41,171 bases of DNA from Octopus bimaculoides (lineage: Eukaryota), in assembly GCF_001194135.2 (NCBI RefSeq), contig NC_068991.1, positions 22,074,663 through 22,115,833 of the forward strand, read 5' to 3'. A program made the position numbers and the translations under genes. How positions within the stretch are numbered: the first letter of the stretch is position 1; every line of letters starts with the position of its first letter. A model generated the notes under the pieces. That model had not been told where the DNA came from, did not search any database, and saw only the letters and a program-made list of their open reading frames with translations. Shown here piece after piece: positions 34,843-41,171 of this stretch.

Positions 34843-35165
34843 CCATTCAACCATCTATTCATCCATCCATCGTCTCTCTCCACTATATTTGGGAGGGTTA
34901 TGGGGGTAGTAGAGTCCTCAGGCACTTCCTCCATAGGGTCCTATCAGAAGAAACCCATTAGACTTTCTTTGTTGAGCATCTGCTAGATGCTTGGAAAAGA
35001 GATTTAAGGAAATTGCTAAGCCAAATATTACTGAAGCAGAGTGTGTCTTCCTTCCTGGATGTTGCACAATCGACCTGATGTTGATCCTATATTCTTGGAA
35101 ATATTGCCAAGAAGTGCATGCTTTCTTTGTAGACCTTGAGGCTAATGACCTCATACCATGGGAGC
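34843..35165. mobile_element. RTE (Expander/Rex3-like) insertion with inverted internal segment
   Basis: 34843-34966 is the minus-strand 3' end like 28198; 34975-35165 is plus-strand RT: RCLEKRFKEIAKP...ECVFLPG...SWKY...FFVDLE. Confidence 0.7.
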
Positions 35166-35514
35166 TACAACTCAAACTGAAAACTAAAATTAAATTGAAA
35201 TTTTATCCAACTCTCATCTCATCTGCATCAAGAAAGCTCTAAGAAACACATCAGGCACTCCTTTTACTGTTAAATTTAAATGAAACATCAATAAAGTGAA
35301 AATGAAAATACAGAGGAAGAGAAAAGGAAAATCAATGTCAGAATTAAACATAAACCAGAAAATATATTAAGTACAGACTTTTCCGGATGAAATTTTTAAA
35401 TGAAATATAAATGCTATGAAACTGAAGCATTACATGAAATTCAAATGGAACCCAAAACAGGAATCTAAACATGAACTTGAACTCAAATTTTAACTAAACC
35501 AAATCCAAACTTGG

Positions 35515-35747
35515 ATGCAGACATGGTTGTATGTATAAGAAGTTTGCTTCCAAATCACATGGTTTTGTATTCTACCCTACTGTGAAGTAGCTTGGATAGG
35601 TATCTTCTACTATAGTCCTGAGTCAACCAAAGTCTTGTGAATGCATGAGACAGACAGAAACTGAAAGAAGCCCATTATATATCATAATTAACTGATCATC
35701 CTGTATTTCATTTTACCTAAAGCCAAGAACTTTTCAGCAACCCCTCA
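35515..35747. mobile_element. Family B SINE followed by the inverted end of a mariner-type MITE (35683-35747)
   Basis: 35683-35747 is the reverse complement of 36437-36500. Confidence 0.7.
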
Positions 35748-35803
35748 TATGTATATATATGTATGTACATATACATACATACATATATACATATATATAT
35801 ATC

Positions 35804-35904
<101 letters not shown>

Positions 35905-35951
35905 TGCTTAAAGTGGACATTAAACAATGATGATAATGATATATATATATT

Positions 35952-36413
35952 GTGATGGCACCTGTACCAGTGGAGTACTAAGAGCACCGTCCGAGCGTGA
36001 TCGTTGCCAGAGCAGCTGTCTGGCTTCTGTGCCGGTGGCATATAAATAGCACCATTTGAGAGTGATTGTTACCAACATCGCCTTCCTGGCACTTGTGCCA
36101 GTGGCACATGAAAAGTCATCCGAGCGAGTTCGTTGCCAGTACGGCTGAACTGGCTCCTGTGCAGGTGGCACGTATAATACACCATTTTGAGCATGGCCAT
36201 TGCCAGTACCGCCTGACTGGCCTTCGTGTCGGTGGCTCATAAAAGTACCCATTACATTCTCGGAGTGGTTGGCGTTAGGAAGGGCATCCAGCTGTAGAAA
36301 CTCTGCCAAATCAGATTGGAGCCTGGTGTAGCTTCCTGGTCCACCAGTCCTCAGTCAAATCGTCCAACCCATGCTAGCATGGAAAGCAGACGTTAAACAA
36401 TGATGATGATGAT
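35952..36413 (+). mobile_element. RTE-LINE-type 3' UTR with tandem subrepeats and (GAT)n tail
   Basis: Same module as 27497-28020. Confidence 0.85.
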
Positions 36414-36436
36414 ATACACATACATATATATACATA

Positions 36437-36653
36437 TGAGGGGTTGCTGAAAAATTCTTGGCTTTAGGTAAAATGAAATATAGGAGGATGAGTTAATTAT
36501 GGCTTTATTCAGGATATTCTTTTCTCAGATTCTCACACTTATTGCGGCAGCCCTTCAGTTTTTCTAAGCCCTATAAAAGAGCTAAAAGATTTGAGCCTCC
36601 AATCAGGCTTTTTGCGATACCCTTAAAGCCAGGAACTCTTCAGAAAGCCCATC

Positions 36654-36654
<1 letters not shown>
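36437..36654. mobile_element. Complete Tc1/mariner-type MITE with TA TSD
   Basis: TA-tgaggggttgctgaaaaattcttggcttta ... taaagccaggaactcttcagaaagcccatca-TA; imperfect TIRs of about 30 bp. Confidence 0.8.
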
Positions 36655-36701
<47 letters not shown>

Positions 36702-36793
36702 NNNNNNNNNNTTCATTTCTCAAAATTACTAAACAAAAAATATAGCTTTGCATTTTAAATACCTATCTATGAATCTATCTATCTATCCATCTA

Positions 36794-36835
<42 letters not shown>

Positions 36836-36844
36836 ACTATCTTT

Positions 36845-36876
<32 letters not shown>

Positions 36877-36896
36877 ATATATATATATATATATAT

Positions 36897-39800
36897 ATAG
36901 TCACAATGAGGACATTCAAACCTCTTATAGGGATATTTATAGGGATATCTAGTTTAATACATTAAGTTTTGTAAAGATAATCCTTCAATGAATATATTAT
37001 AGAGAATATCATAAGATATCAGACATTTTTATTGAGTTAGAAAACAAAGAGATCTAATGGATACAACTTAACTTATTAATTAATCAACATATGAACCAAC
37101 AATTATTTCATTTCTCAAATATGATTAAAATTACAAAACATATATAAAAATATACTTTTGCATTTTAAATACCTTATAAGGAAAATCGTCAGGGTTTTCA
37201 GAGGACAATAAGGATTACATTAGGATACTTTCCTTTGCACTTACTTTCTTTTGTTCATTATATTAAGTTACCCATATATTATTTAACCTATCATTCATGA
37301 TTGTTAATATTACTATTATTGAATTGAAATAAAGGGAATAATTTTAATTCATGCATACTCACACACACACATGCATACTAGCATAGTAAACATGTCTATG
37401 TATTCTGTATATTCTGAAAGTATCCTAATTTAATCCCTATTGTCCTCTGAAAACCCTGACGATTTTCCTTATAAGGTAACTTACTAGCTTAATAAAAATA
37501 TCAAATATCTCATGATATTCTCTATAATATATTCATCGAATGATTATCTCTTCAAAATTTAATATATTAAACCAGTGTATCTTGGATAAATATCCCTATA
37601 AGAGGTTTAAATATTCTCATTGTGTCTAATAATAATAAAAACAAATTTATCGCATACATAATAGATAAGAAGATTACACTGGAAAAATAGAGAAGATTGA
37701 AATGGCTCTATCATTAAAGGAAATACCTATTCCACCAAAAATGAATATGTAGGGTCTAATTAGAAAAACTATAGAATTCATACACAGATTCAAATGGAAA
37801 AACTTTTCATTTTGATAGGAAAGACAATACTAAAATGACTACCACAGATAAAGAAACAGAACTACTAAGGAAAAATTTTAAAACAAGGAAATTCCTGCCA
37901 CCTAACCATCACCTCGAACCATTTGAAAATGAACTATGGAACTTAGTAAAAAAAATATCCACTTAGAAGGAACGTGCATTTAAGGAAGACGATATCTTTA
38001 ATCCTGGAATTCAAAAGTTAAAATGGATTTTAGAACACTCAGATAAAACAGGAAATCTTTACAATTTGAACATTGATAAGTACCATGAATTGCTTATGAA
38101 TGAAATTATCAAAAACTATGAAGTAGTTAATAAGAATGTATTAAGATTAATTAACTTAGAATCTAAGAAAATAATGTCAGAATACAAAATTGATGATAGG
38201 ACTGAGCCATTTATTCCTAAAAGACCTGGAATCACTCTGAAGGACCATAAGGAAAACTTTCTAATCAACCCTAAAGTTAGGTTTATATGCCCCAGAAAAT
38301 CTGACAAAGGTGTACTAAGTAAGAATATCTTAGATAAATATATACCTATACTTAAGAAAAAGATTAAACCTGAACTTTGGGCAAACACCCAAGAAGTGAC
38401 AGGCTGGTTCAACAGTATAAGTAATAAATACAAATTTAATTCTTACAGGTTGATTTTGACAACTATTACTCTTCCATTAACCTGATAATTCTGAATAAGG
38501 CACTTATTTTCGCTAAAAGACACACTGACTTAGACATGAAAGAAATTAATGTTATTTTAAATGCCAGAAAATCAGTGATTAAGTTTGATAATAAATATTG
38601 GGTTAGAAAGGGTTCATATAATTAATTTGACATCACCATGGGGTCTGCAGACTCAGCCCAAGTAACGGACATAGTGGGCATATTCATTCTACACGAATTT
38701 AACAATGAATTCCCTGAAATAATGGGCAGTCTGTATAGAGATGATGCACTGTTTCAAGTTTAAAATCTATCAAATAGAAAATTGAAATTGTATAAGAAAA
38801 AACTATAAAAATTTTTGAAAATTATGGTCTCTCAATTTCTATTGAAAAAGAAAATAACTCTGTTAATTTTTTAGATGTTAGCTTTAACCTTGTAAATATG
38901 AACTATAAGCCTAATACAAATCATAAATATATTAATAATCTGAGTAATCATCCAAAATCAATAAAAAACACATTAATTAAAAGCATAGAAAAGAGACTTA
39001 CTTATCTTTCATATAATGAAGAGATCCTCTACAAAAACGCTAACTTCTATAATTAATGATGCTCTTAAAAAAGCAGGATATAAGCACAAAACAAAATATT
39101 ATAGACCTAGTAAATGCATACTTAATGTAGATAGAGAAAACAAAATTGTAGATAACCCAAATATAATACATAATAGAGAAACTAAAGACACAAATGATAA
39201 TAAAATAAATGAAGTATAGAGAGAACAATAAACCCCAGGATTAATGGCCAAGGTTCTAAAAACAGGAAAAACTATAACATAAGTGTAGAAATAAATACTA
39301 AAACTAATTATAAACTCCTGAAACCTAATACCAAATATGGTAATAAGAAAGGCAAAATTTTTTTAAAAAAACGGAAATTAATACTATTGATAAGGATATA
39401 CTTGAAAATTCTTATGATAATAGATATAATATAAATAATAAAGTCAGATATATTCCTTGCATAGATTCTGAGAAAGATATTGTGGAATATGAACATCCTA
39501 ATAAAGTAAATACTTTGTGGTTCATCATCCCCTTTGGAAGTCAAATTAAAAATAACATGGTCAAATCCATTTACCGATCAATACAGAAACATTTAAATAA
39601 AGATAATAAGTATAGGGAAATTATTAATTCTAAATTTATAAGATTTGGTCATTCCCTATCAAAGAATCTTTTTTGCAATTATATCCTCAATTGATAATAG
39701 AAAACTGGATACTTTTTTAACGACCGTAACCTTAATGGAAATGGTGAAAAGGTAAATTACAATAATAGAAGATATATCGCCGATATTAACTCCCTTCCTA

Positions 39801-40800
39801 ACCTTAATAATTAAATTAATAAAACTGAAAACAACCTCTATAAACAATAATGTTAATATGAATTGTAATTGTAGGATTAAAGAAAATTGTAAACTTAGCA
39901 ATAATTGCAAACAAGATAACATAGTATATAGGTGCATAGTTATTTCTGAAGGAAAGGAATACCATTATATAGGTTTGACCAAAACTAGATTTAAACGAAG
40001 AATTGCAAACTACGAAAGTTTTTTTTTTAAATAGACATAAAATTAATAATACTAGTCTCAGCAAATTTATATGGATGTTAAAGGATAATGGTAAAGATTA
40101 TATGATTAAACAGGAAGTTGTAAGCCATGCCATGGCTTATTATATTTCAGATAGAAAATACCGCTTATGCACTGAAGAAATTTTTCAAATAATAAAATCT
40201 AAGCACAAATTACTGAATTCTCAGAGAGAAAATATTTTAGCTTGTAGCCATTACTCCAAATATATCCTTTGAGAATTTAATTAATTGAGAGATTAATATT
40301 AAACTGAAAATTGTTAGTATTGACATGCTACCATTACTCGGAATATATCTTTTGAAATGAATACTATGAGTATAAATAGGTAGTAATAATCTAAGTTTAT
40401 AACACCAGGACGTAAATTGAATAGCCTGAGGAAGATGCACATTTTATTTGTAGTGATTAACCATAATATGATTTTAGAAAATAAAATAAATATATTAAAT
40501 GGACTATGAATACAACCAAACATTAAACTATTCTAATTTGTTATAATTAACCTAGATATAATCTAGAATATTAAATAAACTTATTAAACAGATAATAGAT
40601 TAAACCTAATATTAAAAACACTGAAATAGTATAGTTACTATGACTTAATTTAAAAATCAAACATAAATTAAAATAATTGGAAATAACTAATATAAATAGC
40701 ATATACTATATCATATTATATCATATTTCGCTTGAATTTCATTTCAATAATAATAGAGAATATAAACCTTTACTATCTATCAAATAATGTAACTACTTTT
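36897..40800 (+). mobile_element. Penelope-like retroelement, near full length, with inverted pseudo-LTR-like 5' flank
   Basis: RT plus C-terminal GIY-YIG ORF; 36897-37230 is an inverted copy of 37417-37628; sits next to a microsatellite. Confidence 0.85.
37702..40272 (+). pseudogene. Penelope-like RT / GIY-YIG endonuclease polyprotein, disrupted by stops and frameshifts
   Basis: SLKEIPIP, IHRFKWK, SDKTGNLY, ITLKDHKENF..NPKVR..P.KSD.G..SK.ILD, FDITMGS, LYRDD (38734-38745), CNCRIKENC..NC..DNIVY...HYIGLT.TRFK.R, LSKFIW.LK, LCTEE. Confidence 0.9.
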
Positions 40801-40832
40801 AATCCAAGAATGGATATTACAAGGATATATAA

Positions 40833-41171
40833 ACCCCTTCAGGTAGATGGCCCTGCTCAGTATGTAGAAAAGGAGTAGGTAGTAACTCTATAAGATGTAC
40901 CCGGTGCAAGCTATGGACACATAAGAGGTGCAGCAACATCAAAGGCAGGTTAACTAGCAAGTTAGTTTTTGTTTGTGGCAGATGTTCAGGTGCAATAAAG
41001 ACTGTAAACAAACAGGAAACAACTTCTATCTCATTCCAGGGTGAAAAACTAGAGGTAGTCGATAGCTTCCGCTATCTGGGCGACCAAGTTAGTAGTGGGG
41101 GTGGGTGCGCTGAAAGTGTAGCTGCTAGAATAAGAATAGCCTGGGCAAAGTTTAGAGAGCTCTTACCCCTG
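40833..41171 (+). mobile_element. RTE/RTE-X-type LINE ORF2 internal segment, 5'-truncated, open frame running off the window
   Basis: 113 uninterrupted codons: WPCSVCRKGVGSNSIRCTRCKLWTHKRC (PHD-like Cys/His cluster), then LEVVDSFRYLGDQ..GG...ARIRIAWAKFRELLPL (RT thumb region). Confidence 0.88.

Noticed and set aside
37456-37480. CTGACGA here, and CTGAGGA near 40414, as hammerhead ribozyme cores in the Penelope termini
   Set aside because: No correctly placed GAAA or closing stems found by eye; could only be a decayed relic

Overview
AT-rich, microsatellite-laden, gapped eukaryotic scaffold. The repeat families look like an Octopus (coleoid cephalopod) genome; this is inferred from repeat types, not from a database match. 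None of the ATG-ORFs in the supplied track is a host gene: they are microsatellite or N-gap artefacts, or transposon debris. Reading splice signals on the minus strand gives four short exons (9649-9579, 6766-6685, 4934-4879, 2966-2891). They join in frame to the first 95 codons of a secreted ribonuclease T2: MLRIKCILGISLIAVSLHLYIPTISAKDDSFDSYVFSQQWLPGFCIHAAEEGLDCKIPDMVKNWVIHGIWPHSSKKHESPNFCNSSWHFNESEIE. The rest of that gene is probably left of the window. A CpG-retaining segment at about 18.7-20.3 kb looks like a head-to-head promoter. To its right the plus strand carries a series of strong acceptor/donor pairs enclosing only 6-22 nt, which may be an unidentified micro-exon-rich gene. The remainder is transposable elements: tRNA-derived SINEs, RTE, Tx1/L1, R4/Dong and CR1-group LINE pieces, Tc1, mariner and maT remnants, Chapaev3, Helitrons, MITEs, a solo LTR with an intact 5-bp TSD, and a near full-length degenerate Penelope-like element with an inverted-repeat 5' flank. 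There are also two perfect inverted repeats (22-bp and 37-bp arms). N gaps at 1042-1356, 3184-3283, 10968-11391, 21360-21369, 25501-25966, 32114-32931 and 36702-36711 could hide exons. Repeat boundaries are approximate unless a TIR or TSD is quoted.
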